Made by a program: the position numbers and the translations under genes | Source of the DNA: an uncultured Chloroflexia bacterium | GTDB taxonomy: Bacteria > Chloroflexota > Anaerolineae > JAAYZQ01 | Direction of reading: 5' to 3' | Assembly (NCBI GenBank): GCA_963700285.1 | Contig: CAVOXA010000001.1 | Coordinates: 1,728,001 to 1,792,000, forward strand | Length of the DNA: 64,000 bases | Notes under the pieces: generated by a model | The model's database searches: none | Seen by the model: the letters and a program-made list of their open reading frames with translations, nothing else | What the model was told of the DNA's origin: nothing | Part shown: piece by piece, positions 10,516 to 20,450 of the stretch | Layout of the letters: every line of letters starts with the position of its first letter | How positions within the stretch are numbered: position 1 is the first letter of the stretch

Positions 10516-10712
10516 CGCGGACTGTCCTTTCCCCCTCTATCCGATCGTGGGGTGCACCGTATCCAACGGTTGACATAACATACAGGACTCAGGAGCACAT
10601 AACATGGCACACATCCTCGTGCAACTGCATGGTCTCTGCGGGCCGTGTTCTGGTGTACAACGCCACGGTACAGAGAGGGCAATTGGGCATTGTGACTTGT
10701 ACAGGGGCCTTG

Positions 10713-13700
10713 CTACGGCCCGTACCACCAGGCGCCCTGCGCTGTTCCGGCGTGCATTATACCACAATTCGCCGGGTGGCGCAATGCCTTGACGTTCAGG
10801 TTGCCCAGGCCTCGGTTCACCGGATTCCAGTCTTTCCCCCCATTCGTTGTCGCGTATACGCCGCCGCCGTTGGTCCCGGCGTACAGCGTCTGGCTGTTGG
10901 CTGCGTCGATGACCAGAGCTCGCAGATCGCGGTGGGCCAGGTTCCCGTTGGCCGGGGACCAGTTCGCGCCGCCGTTTGTGCTCTTGTAGACTCCCCCACC
11001 TCCCAGGCCGGCGTATACCGTCTGCCCATTGCCCGGATCGATGGCGATGGCCCAAGGATATCCGTTGCCCGGTTGGCTGGCGAACTGCCACTGGTTGCCG
11101 CCGTTGGTGCTCTTGAAGATGCCCCCCTGCGTGCCGGTGTAGACCACGTTGCGGTTGCGGGGGTCCACGGCCAGGGCGTGGACGTTGCGGTTGCTCAGGC
11201 CGCTGACCACCGGGAACCATGACGTACCGCCATTGGTGCTCTTGTACACGCCGCCGCCCTGACCTGCCGGATGCTCGTGGCCGCCGGTGTACAGTATCTG
11301 GCTGTTGGCAGGATCCGTGGTGAGGCCATACAGCCACAGGCAGCCCAGCCCGTTGTTGATCTGCGCCCAGGAGGCACCGCCGTTGGTGCTCTTGTAGACG
11401 CCCTGGCCCCAGGTGGTGGCATAGATCACCTGGCTGTTGTTGGGATCGATGGTCACTGCCGAGACGAGCGTCGAGCTCGCGGAGCCGCCGTCGGCCTTGG
11501 CGAAGGGTGGGGCGGCGACGCCCGGCGCCTGGGCGGCGAGGACGCTGTTCAGTCCTGAGGACCTCCATGAGTTGCCACCGTCCGTTGACTTGTAGAGGCC
11601 CCGGTCCGTGGCTGCGTACAGGGTGTTGCAGTTGGCTGGGTCCACGGCCAGGCCGTAGACGGCGCGGGCTTGGATGCCCGTGCCGACATGCCACTGGGCT
11701 GCCGGTGGCGCCGCCCCTTGGTGTCTCAAGGCAGTTGGCAGGAAGGCCTTGACTGGACGGAGGCGAGCTGTCGCCCAGCCCTCGTTCCCTGTGCGGTCCG
11801 TCGCCTTACCTACAACTACTGAGACCTGCTCCGCCGACACAGTGAACGGTCCGGAATACACCTTTACTGTTTGGCCAGAATCGGTTGAATAACTGACCTT
11901 TGCCACGCCAGACTGCGTGTCGGTGGCCGTAATCGTGACCTTGACCGCACCTACGTACCACCCATCGGCATCCTTCGTCCCCTCTGGGTCTATGGATATG
12001 GAAGGTGGAACCACATCCTGGCTGCCACCTGGACCCACATCGCCTGTCGGTGGCATTCGAAGATCCAAGGTTCCATTGCCGTCGGTATCCAGTTGCGAGA
12101 TCGGGTGCAGCAGCACTACTACCAGGGTCATAGGTCAGCTTTCCGGAGCCATCTGGGTGTATCGGCGCATCTGCGTACACGACCGTCCGTCTAATCAGGT
12201 CCTCGTCCAGACCCTTCAGATTGCGGATTCGAAGGTCGAAATCCTGAGCGCCATCTGATTCAATCTCCACTGTGTAGATAGAACCTGTGGGCACGCCAAT
12301 GAACATGGCGTCCTCTACTACAAGGTAATCACTGCCAGGGATGCCGAGTTCCAGCCTGCCCTCGTTGTCCAGACCAGTATGTCTTCCTGACTGATCGTAT
12401 ACGTGCAATGCCACGGCCCCAAAGACTGCAATCTGACCGCCGTTTAGCTCAAAGGGCGTATCGGACATTTCGGGAGGGGTAGGCGGTACCGTTGCCCTGT
12501 GTCGAGGCTTGGGGAAATCACTGGGCGAACCTAGATACAGGGCAGGGGTAGACGGATCGGGGCGTTGCGTGCTAGCATAGACGCCAGTTGACGCCGTTGT
12601 GTCAGGTGGACTCGCCAAGAGGAATCCGATATAGTCCGTTACATACGGCGTGTTGATGAGACCCGTGTGGTCTACGTCGGTAGGGGTGTACACGGTGTGC
12701 GCATCGCCCGAGTAGTCAAGACCTCCCGGAACCTGCAGGTCAGCGCTATGCGTCGGTACAGTTCCATCGCCGTTGATCATCTCCATGTCAAGCATGGATT
12801 GCGTCCGACCCGTCCAGTCGAGCCTCTCTAACTCGTGAAGGATGCCAGGCGTATTTAGACCCCCACTGCCAACGATCAGGTGGAAGGTAACATCAAGCGG
12901 CTTGCTGCCCCAATCATCCATAGCCGCGCTGTGGAAACTCTCGGCGTCACCGGCCAGGTAGGCATTGTTCTTGTCCAGGATGACATCGCGTGTCTGTTGC
13001 CTCGTCTGCATCTTACCATTCACGCGATAGTAGCCATCCTTGTAGACTCCAAAGTAACGCTCGGTGGGCAGGATCTGGTACATGGCTGGAAGGTTCTGGG
13101 ACACGGCGCGTACCGTCGGCGGGTGGACGGGACCGACCATGATCCAGAATGTCTCGAACCACCCGGCATCGCCCCAACGCAACACTTTGAGCGCTTTCGG
13201 GGCACCAAGGTAAGGGGTGCCGAGGGAGATGACCTGTTCCACCCTTGCAGCTCGATCCGACTGAGAGGTGACATAATATCGCGCCAGGAGGCCACCCAGG
13301 CTGTGGGCTACGATGTTCACTTGCTGCGCTCCTGTTTCCTTCTGTACTTCCCTGACCTTCGTGTCCAGATCCTCGGCCGTTTTCCCGTAGATCGAGACGC
13401 CAGTCGTAGTCAAAGGTGTACACATTGAAGCCCGCCCGTTTCAGTTCCTCGATCAGAGGGCCGTAGACCTTGATGAACCCACGAAGCTCCCAATCAATGA
13501 TCCCCTTCGCCCGGATGTCGGCACATGGTGATGCCGCTCTCATACCCCATTTGTCCAGTTTCAGGACATTGAGATGCAAATCAAAGGGGAGTGCTAACAG
13601 CGCCGGACTAGGCCAGACTTCATACTCGAAACCCAGACAGGAGTCTTTGTTCCACAAACTGCTGCCAAGCAGGCCTGGGATGATGATCACCGGTGGTCTG

Positions 13701-14257
13701 GTATGAGGCACACCAGAGGCATCAGTACTCAAGTCATCGATGAGCCAATAATTTCCCGTATCATGCAAGATGACATACTTCAACAGTCTTCCAGGGGGTG
13801 CATCCACGCGTAGACGAGCCAATTGCCCGGTCCACAGATTGCCTCCTACCGAAGCTGTGGCCGCTTTGGTGTTGTCCTCGTAGTAGCCGTCCATGGTGAG
13901 TCCTTCCGCACTGCTCACCGACACCTGGAGATAGGTCGCACCCGCTCCAGTAAAGTCGATCCGTCCAGCACCCTGGTTGGGGCCAAGCCAGGCGAAGAAG
14001 TTGCCATTGCTGTAGTAGGCGTCCTGGGGGTAAGGCCCGTGGTACTGGCCCGTGCGCCAGTCTCCATAGAGCCAATCTTGGCCTGCTGTGGTAGTAAACT
14101 GCAGCCCAGGAATGGAGCTTCTGATTGCTTGGCCATCGACACCATTTTCGAAGTCAACAAACCCGTCAGCTCGGGCAGTGGGCACGGTGGACAAACCAGC
14201 GCTCCCAGCATTGACAAGAATGGTCAGGATAAGAGTGATTGCCAGGGATCGTTTCAT
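10713..14257 (-). CDS. Large secreted protein: N-terminal beta domain + LCAT/PGAP1-type alpha/beta-hydrolase + Ig-like domain + BNR/Asp-box beta-propeller; two frameshifts
   Basis: Three overlapping ORFs form one continuous architecture. 13013..14257: signal peptide, PVIIIPGLLGSSL, YDWRL. 11806..13425: VAHSLGGL nucleophile, LGTPYLGAPKA, GDGTVP, DH. 10713..12131: repeated YKSTNGG.SW Asp-boxes. Confidence 0.82.
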
Positions 14258-14410
14258 GATACCTCCTGTCTCAGCCCGGTCATAGCGGCGGAGAGCGCAG
14301 CCAGGTGCCCCGCCATCATGAGCAGAAGACCAGTGCTCCGTCGCGAGCAGCCGCTACCTCCGGAGGTTCGCAAGCTGTCGAAGCGGCCCGTACATGGTCT
14401 CTCATGAACC

Positions 14411-15601
14411 TCATCCTCCGGCCTTCGACGCCCTACTTTCGAAACTCCGGCGTCGGGTCCTTCGGTTGTCCGGCTTGTCCTTGCTCTTCTCCGTCCACAG
14501 GAAGAACCGCGTCTCGCTCTTGGGGCTCAGGGCCGGGCCCTCCTTGGTGTCGCCCTGCATGGCGTTCTCTTGCCGTACCGTCACGTCCCACTCAAAGCGC
14601 CCCTGGTCCGCCTGGCCATAGAGCCACTCGGGCACGCGCCACTCCGTTGCCTGCGTCCAGGTGCCCTGGAACTGGGGCTGATCCTGCTGCATGTAGCGCA
14701 GCGAGACGTGATAGTACTCGTTGCCCTGCAGCTCGCCCACAGCTTCCCAGGTGAGCAGGATCATGGCACCCTCGCCGTGAAACGATGCCCCATTCCCGGG
14801 CGCGACCAGCGTTGGCGCCGGGTAGCGCTCCGATCCAGCCACGGCGCCAGGCGTGCCGATGGGGAAGAGCGGGGTCATGATTTTTGTCCAGTCCTGGATG
14901 CCCTGGAGGACGTCCTGCCATTTTACTGTCTGCCCGGCTGCCTGGCCTCCGGCGACTGGCTGCCCGCCTCCCGCAACCTGCCCTCCTGCTGCCGGCTGCC
15001 CCCCGGCTGCTGGCGGTATTGGAGTGGCGAGCGCGGGCACCGTGGCTACCACCGCCTGGGCCGTGGCTGCAAGCTGGCTGCCGGCCGTCGCCACCTGTGG
15101 GGGCAGCGCGATCGCCGGCGCGGGCGTGCTGGCCGCAGCGGCCGTCTTGCCGTCGGCCGCCCCTCCCAGGACAACAACAGCCAGCACGATCAGGGCTAGC
15201 AGCAGCACGGCCGCAAGGCCGCCCAGCGCATAGATCCAGGGCGAGACACCGGCGCCAGCGCGGGGGGCTTCCGCTGCGTATTCGTCTCCGAAAGGCTCTG
15301 CCCTGTCATAGTCCTCTCGGACAGAGAAAGCATGCTGCCCACCCATGGCGATGACGCTGCCAGGATGGATGGGCAAGGCCTGGTGGGCCGGCAGACTCTG
15401 GCCGTCGAGTGTGGTTCCGTTGGTGCTGCCCAGGTCCTCCAATAGATAGTTGTGGCCATCGTACTGGATCGCGGCGTGGTAGCGCGAGACTTGGGACAGG
15501 CTCAACACAATGTCATTGTCTGGACCGCGACCCAGGATGGTGCGCCCAGGGTAGAGCGGTACTTCCCGACCGTCGTAGAGGACCAGTTTCAATCGCTCCA
15601 T
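14411..15601 (-). CDS. FHA - TM - linker - extracellular beta-sandwich protein
   Basis: ILGRGPDND..VSRYHA..DLGSTNGT; TM WIYALGGLAAVLLLALIVLAVVVL; C-terminal YPAPTL...WDV domain. Confidence 0.9.
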   Translation of the reverse strand: MERLKLVLYDGREVPLYPGRTILGRGPDNDIVLSLSQVSRYHAAIQYDGHNYLLEDLGSTNGTTLDGQSLPAHQALPIHPGSVIAMGGQHAFSVREDYDRAEPFGDEYAAEAPRAGAGVSPWIYALGGLAAVLLLALIVLAVVVLGGAADGKTAAAASTPAPAIALPPQVATAGSQLAATAQAVVATVPALATPIPPAAGGQPAAGGQVAGGGQPVAGGQAAGQTVKWQDVLQGIQDWTKIMTPLFPIGTPGAVAGSERYPAPTLVAPGNGASFHGEGAMILLTWEAVGELQGNEYYHVSLRYMQQDQPQFQGTWTQATEWRVPEWLYGQADQGRFEWDVTVRQENAMQGDTKEGPALSPKSETRFFLWTEKSKDKPDNRRTRRRSFESRASKAGG

Positions 15602-15736
15602 TTCTTTCCTCCTCGCCCTGGATTGCTGGCCAGGGCCTTGTATTGCTCGCGGGACATTGGCTGCGCTCGTCCGGCGCAGGTTCGGGCGGGAACGGGGGGC
15701 TTGCTGTAGGTGTCTTCAGCCGGCAACCCGCTCGCT

Positions 15737-16432
15737 CTAAGCCAAGGCAAAGACCAGGAGCACGCCCAGCGTCATCAGCAGGATCACGGTCAGAATGGCC
15801 ATGATAATGGCCAGGGCCCATATTCCCCTTTCGTTCGAGGGACCCCCGGCCGATCCGCTCCTTGTCTGGGGGAAAGGCCGGGCAACGATCGGCTCGGTTG
15901 GTGTCGTACGCTGGACCGGCCTTACCTGCTGTTGCTCCTCTCTCCATTCGGACCCGGCTGGCGCTGTTCCTGGCAGAGGGTGGCCGCAGCGTACGCAGTA
16001 GACTGAGGCCGGGTGGTTGGCAGTGCCACACTGGGCGCAGAATGTCTGGCTGACCATCAGGTACTGGAAGCCCATCGGCGGCGTCCCATCGCCATTGCGC
16101 CAGGACTGGCCCCCGGGTGGCAAGGGGCCCGGTCGCACACAAGTGTCTCGCTGCGCAAGGTAGGTCAGCCGGGCGTCGCCCATGGCGATCACGTCGTTGT
16201 GATGCAAGAGAAGGGGCGCCCGCAGGAGCTGGCCATTTACAAACGTTCCATGGGTGCTGCCCAAATCTTCGATGACGACTTGATCGCCGTTGTGCCAGAC
16301 CCAGGCGTGGCGCCGGGAAGCAAGGCCCGATCGCAACCGCAGATCGTTGTCCCAGCCCCGGCCGATCATCATCTGCCAGCGGACCGGCTCCCAACGGATT
16401 CCACTGCCATCTTGTACGACAAACTCGCCCAT
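15737..16432 (-). CDS. FHA - zinc ribbon - C-terminal TM protein
   Basis: IGRGWDND..ASRRHA..DLGSTHGTFVNG; CAQCG..YCVRCG; C-terminal TM; ATG 16432 preceded by GGAGGGGAAGG. Confidence 0.88.
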   Translation of the reverse strand: MGEFVVQDGSGIRWEPVRWQMMIGRGWDNDLRLRSGLASRRHAWVWHNGDQVVIEDLGSTHGTFVNGQLLRAPLLLHHNDVIAMGDARLTYLAQRDTCVRPGPLPPGGQSWRNGDGTPPMGFQYLMVSQTFCAQCGTANHPASVYCVRCGHPLPGTAPAGSEWREEQQQVRPVQRTTPTEPIVARPFPQTRSGSAGGPSNERGIWALAIIMAILTVILLMTLGVLLVFALA

Positions 16433-16572
16433 TGTCCTTCCCCTCCAACCTGAGCCAACGCCTATGCCGCAGGCGGTCACCCATGCTTCAGGTCGTCGTT
16501 GCCTGCTGCCGTCCGAACAGAGCCCCCAAGACGCGGCTCCTGCACGGCAGCCAGGAAGATGCCAGGGCCGGC

Positions 16573-17115
16573 TCAGTACAGGTGGATCGTGAACACCGTG
16601 TTGCTGACTCTTATCTGTTCGCCGCCGCGCAGGCGTATCTGCGTGATGCGGCGGCCGTTTACATAGGTGCCGTGGGTGCTGTTTGTGTCTACCAGGTACA
16701 GCCCGTCCCTCTGCCATTCCAGGCGCGCGTGTTGCCGGGACGCTTGCGGATCTGGCAGAGTGATGTCGCATCTGCTGCTCCGGCCCAGGGCGATCATCGG
16801 TCGCGCCAGCGGAAACTGTGCGTCCCGCAAGGGTCCGCTGCGGATCAACAGCATGGCAGCCGGCACGCCTGCGGACTGGTACTTTGGTGGCTCGGGCTGG
16901 TGCGTTGGTGGACGGGGTAGCGACGATGGAGTGAAGCTGCGGTAGGCAACCCCGCCCCTTACTGGCTGCCTCAATGGCACTGGTGTTGGTGTCGCCAGCT
17001 TGGTCTTGGGCCGCTGGGCAAAGAGTACCAGCACGAGCAGCCCTGCTACGATGGCCAGCAGCGACATGAAGACCAATAGTACGATTACTGCAATCTCAGA
17101 TTCTGGCATACCCAT
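16573..17115 (-). CDS. N-terminal TM - FHA protein (FhaB-like topology)
   Basis: TM IAVIVLLVFMSLLAIVAGLLVLVLFA; LGRSSRCD..ASRQHA..STHGTYVNG. Confidence 0.9.
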   Translation of the reverse strand: MGMPESEIAVIVLLVFMSLLAIVAGLLVLVLFAQRPKTKLATPTPVPLRQPVRGGVAYRSFTPSSLPRPPTHQPEPPKYQSAGVPAAMLLIRSGPLRDAQFPLARPMIALGRSSRCDITLPDPQASRQHARLEWQRDGLYLVDTNSTHGTYVNGRRITQIRLRGGEQIRVSNTVFTIHLY

Positions 17116-17317
17116 CCTCTCTCAACATTGGCCGCGCACTCCCCCCCACGGGGTATGCTCTCAGTTCTTCCGTCAAGAAACTGCGACTCAGTGGAAAACC
17201 CTTGTCTCCAGACGCAGCGGTTCTCTCCAAAGACGCCCCCGTAGCGAGCAGGATCACGCCGCCCAGGGCCAACGCCAGAAAGGCTAGCCCGAAAACGAGC
17301 AAGATCCGGGTGCGCAC
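17096..17317 (-). CDS. Small membrane/secreted protein
   Basis: 73 aa with a hydrophobic N-terminus; GAGGAGG RBS before GTG; fills the operon gap. Confidence 0.5.
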   Translation of the reverse strand: MRTRILLVFGLAFLALALGGVILLATGASLERTAASGDKGFPLSRSFLTEELRAYPVGGSARPMLREDGYARI

Positions 17318-17392
17318 TTGTCCCTCCTCTTCCGATCAGGCGGTTCTCGAGTGGCAGCCCTGGCTTTGGCGCTTCCTGCGATGGGTCTGTCC

Positions 17393-18700
17393 TCATTTAG
17401 GCGCGGCTACTTCCTGGCGGAGGTTCAGGTACACGGCGCAGGCACTAGCCAGGTAGAGCAGGCGCGGGATACTCAGGGTCAGCACCAGCAGCGCGAGCAA
17501 CCACAACCCAAATAGAAAGCGCGAGATCTTGTAGGTCGCCGGCAGCCCAGGCCCGCCAGCGATGCCAAGCAACCAGAAAGATAGGCTCGACATCAGGTCC
17601 TCAATGTTTAGCGGCAGGCCGCTCAGGACCGTCACAAACTTGCCCGTGCCCATGCCGGCGGAGGTCAGGGTCAGGGTGGTATACGCCGCAACGGACAGTA
17701 GGTAGAGGCTAAACAGGAAGAGGAGCAGCGCCGCCAGGCCTGCCAACATCATGTAGCCAACCAGTCGGATCGGAGCGCGGCGGACCATGTCCAGCACATG
17801 GGTCAGTGTGTCGCCGATGCCCATACCACGGTCGGCAACGGTTGGGGCAATCAGCGCTGTTCCGAACCAGGCGACGAGGATGATCACCAGGTTCAGGGCC
17901 AGCAGGGGAAGAAAGGCCAGCGACACCAACAACTCCCCCAGATAGTCAATGCGCCCAACGAGCAGCAGCATGAATTCTGCTACCAGGGCCAGTACCAGAC
18001 CCAGGCTCAAGACCACCGGGGACAGGAGAAACGAGAGATAGGTCTGCCTGACATAGCCTGCTGCCTCCCGGAGGTCCTCCTTTCTGCCTTCCCTCAGTTG
18101 GACCAGGATCAACCGGCTGATGACGGCCGTCACAAAGGTGGAGCTGAGCCATACGGTGCCCAGACCAACCAGGCCGATGGCGGCAGCGATCGCGGTACTT
18201 TCAAAGAGGACCTGGGTTGCGATCCAGAAGAAAAGCAGCCCTACCACACCCGTAACCAGGAAACCAACAAACAGCAGCCCCAGTTTTCGGTAATCCAGTG
18301 CGACGTCGATCGCCCGCAGGATCATGTCCAGGCCTCCAGCCGCAGGGACGGACGATGGGGCGCCTGCCGCGGCGGGCCGGATCGCGAGCCGGATGGCGTC
18401 GGCCGTGACGGTGACGGTCATGGTTGGACCAAAGCGCAAAGATGCGCCCGGAGACACCTGCGCGGCCTGACCCGGCGGCAGCCGTCTGCCCCCAAGAAAG
18501 GTGCCGTTCGTGCTGCCCAGATCGACGACCACGCACTGCTGCCGCCCGTCCCAGTGTAGTTCCGCGTGCCTTCGGGACATGGACCCATCGTCTAGTACAA
18601 TGTCATTGTCCGCTGCCCGGCCAACGGTGTTCACGCCGACCCTCAGCGGATGGGTCTGGCCATCGTCCGTCGTCAGCCTCATCGGTTCTCCCCCACCCAT
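17393..18700 (-). CDS. FHA + multi-pass membrane domain protein
   Basis: VGRAADND..MSRRHA..DLGSTNGT followed by ~6-7 hydrophobic helices. Confidence 0.9.
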   Translation of the reverse strand: MGGGEPMRLTTDDGQTHPLRVGVNTVGRAADNDIVLDDGSMSRRHAELHWDGRQQCVVVDLGSTNGTFLGGRRLPPGQAAQVSPGASLRFGPTMTVTVTADAIRLAIRPAAAGAPSSVPAAGGLDMILRAIDVALDYRKLGLLFVGFLVTGVVGLLFFWIATQVLFESTAIAAAIGLVGLGTVWLSSTFVTAVISRLILVQLREGRKEDLREAAGYVRQTYLSFLLSPVVLSLGLVLALVAEFMLLLVGRIDYLGELLVSLAFLPLLALNLVIILVAWFGTALIAPTVADRGMGIGDTLTHVLDMVRRAPIRLVGYMMLAGLAALLLFLFSLYLLSVAAYTTLTLTSAGMGTGKFVTVLSGLPLNIEDLMSSLSFWLLGIAGGPGLPATYKISRFLFGLWLLALLVLTLSIPRLLYLASACAVYLNLRQEVAAPK

Positions 18701-18701
18701 C

Positions 18702-19685
18702 TCACTGTATTGGCGACGGGCCGGAATTCAGGACGGTCGCCAGGGCCCATCCCAGCCCCATCACCGCCACGGCGATCAGCAGTACGGCCAGGATCAGCAG
18801 CGCCCGCCGCAGGCGCTCATCTTCCACCGGCACCAGGTCCTGCAGGTCTTTAGCCCAGTCCAGCCAGGCGTCGGGCCGCGTCAGCCTCTCCAGGGTGCTT
18901 GGGAACGTGGGCTCATCCACCTCTGCCCCTTGCCCGAGAACCCGGACCACGATCACGCTGATGTTGTCTGGGCCACCCTTCTGGTTGGCGGCGGCCACCA
19001 GGGCTTCCGCCGCCTGCTGGGGTGGATGTCGAAGCATGATTGCGTTGATCTCGGGATCGGACACGGGAGTAGTCAGACCATCCGAACAAAGGAGAACCTG
19101 ATCGCCCTGGCGCAGCGTCCGGAAGTGGTTCACGTACACCTTTACGTCAGGTTTCAAGCCGAGCGCCCGGGTGATGAGGTGGCTGCCAACCCACTCCCCT
19201 GACGGCTCCCCGCCCCAATCGGCGGCCCAGCTATGGTCCTCTGAAAGCTGGCGCAGCTTCCCATGCCGCTGTAGATAGGCCCGGCTGTCACCCACGTTGG
19301 CGATCCACAGTTCGTCCTGCCGCACGACGGCGGCGACGATGGTTGTGCCCCAGCGCGCTCTGCCCTCTGCGCCCACGCTGGCCGCATAGGCGTAGAGGCT
19401 GGCGCTGGCTTTCCGGATGGCCCGCCCCAAGCTGGCGTCCACCCGGACATCTGGGTCCTGCATATAGCTTCGGATGACCTGGTTTACAGCGCGCCGGCTC
19501 GCCTCGTCGCCGCTCCGGTGACCACCCATCCCATCCGCCACCAGAAAGAGAGATCCTTTCCGGGCCAGCACCTCCGGGTTTTCGTGCTGAAAGGTTCCGA
19601 TCCAGTCCTCGTTGTTTTCTCTATGCAGTCCAGGATCGGAGAACTGGCCAACTTCCAGCTCCAAGACGGGATGGGATCTAGTCAC
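18702..19685 (-). CDS. PP2C phosphatase 3 with C-terminal TM anchor
   Basis: RENNED, VADGMGG, NVGDSRAY, LCSDG, GGPDN; C-terminal TM ALLILAVLLIAVAVMGLGWAL. Confidence 0.93.
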   Translation of the reverse strand: MTRSHPVLELEVGQFSDPGLHRENNEDWIGTFQHENPEVLARKGSLFLVADGMGGHRSGDEASRRAVNQVIRSYMQDPDVRVDASLGRAIRKASASLYAYAASVGAEGRARWGTTIVAAVVRQDELWIANVGDSRAYLQRHGKLRQLSEDHSWAADWGGEPSGEWVGSHLITRALGLKPDVKVYVNHFRTLRQGDQVLLCSDGLTTPVSDPEINAIMLRHPPQQAAEALVAAANQKGGPDNISVIVVRVLGQGAEVDEPTFPSTLERLTRPDAWLDWAKDLQDLVPVEDERLRRALLILAVLLIAVAVMGLGWALATVLNSGPSPIQ

Positions 19686-19730
19686 AGGCTCCCTCCCTCA
19701 CTGCCTGCCTGGTCGAGAGGATGTTTCGAA

Positions 19731-20333
19731 TCATTGGGTCCCCGTCACATCCCAGATTGTGATCACCAGGGGTGAGGTTGCCCCACCGATCTTGGGGCCC
19801 GCCGAGACCGAGATACCCCAGATGGTTGGATCGGGTACCGGCGCGGCGACGTTGAACGTGTGGGGCGTAAAGCCCTCAATGAACTCGATCTGGGGCGCTG
19901 CGACCTTGCCGCTGGCGCTGGTTGCCGATTGGCTCCACTGTCCGTTGAACGCCGCTCGTGAGCCATTAGCGGTCGCGATCTCTACCCGGTAGTTGTGGCC
20001 GCCGCGCAGCGGATGGCTGGCGACAATGACCGGGGCCAGCGGACCCACGCTCTGTTGGCGGGCGACGGCCACCGGCTCGCTGCCGGTTGGGCCGGCGGCT
20101 GGCTCGCCAAGGTTGTCCAGCGAGGGCGGCGGGATCAGCGTGACCGTCGACTCTACTGCGGGGGCCACGGCGGTCGGATTCCCTTGATCCATCGAAATCC
20201 CCGTGTCCCCGCCATCCCCCTTGGTGAGCAACTGGTATCCCAGAAAACCGATCCCGCACAGGGCAACGACGATGACAACGGCCAGAATGCCTACGATGGT
20301 CTTTTCCTTGGAGCTCATCTGAGAAAAAGACAT
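19731..20333 (-). CDS. Membrane-anchored extracellular protein of unknown function
   Basis: N-terminal TM, Pro-rich linker, beta-rich C-terminal domain; AGGAGGAGGTG RBS before ATG 20333. Confidence 0.75.
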   Translation of the reverse strand: MSFSQMSSKEKTIVGILAVVIVVALCGIGFLGYQLLTKGDGGDTGISMDQGNPTAVAPAVESTVTLIPPPSLDNLGEPAAGPTGSEPVAVARQQSVGPLAPVIVASHPLRGGHNYRVEIATANGSRAAFNGQWSQSATSASGKVAAPQIEFIEGFTPHTFNVAAPVPDPTIWGISVSAGPKIGGATSPLVITIWDVTGTQ

Positions 20334-20450
20334 TTCACCTCCTCCTTTCACCTGCTGTTACCCTCTTTCACTTCCGATGTGCCGAGCGATCCTACGCTTC
20401 GCATCGATTCGACGGAACGGCGTCAGTTAGGGTATCTCCCGGCTGCTCCT

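Noticed and set aside
10573-10605. ACATAACAT direct repeat (24-bp spacing) upstream of kinase 3
   Set aside because: A possible operator, but two 9-mers with no regulator in the window and no copies noticed elsewhere are insufficient.
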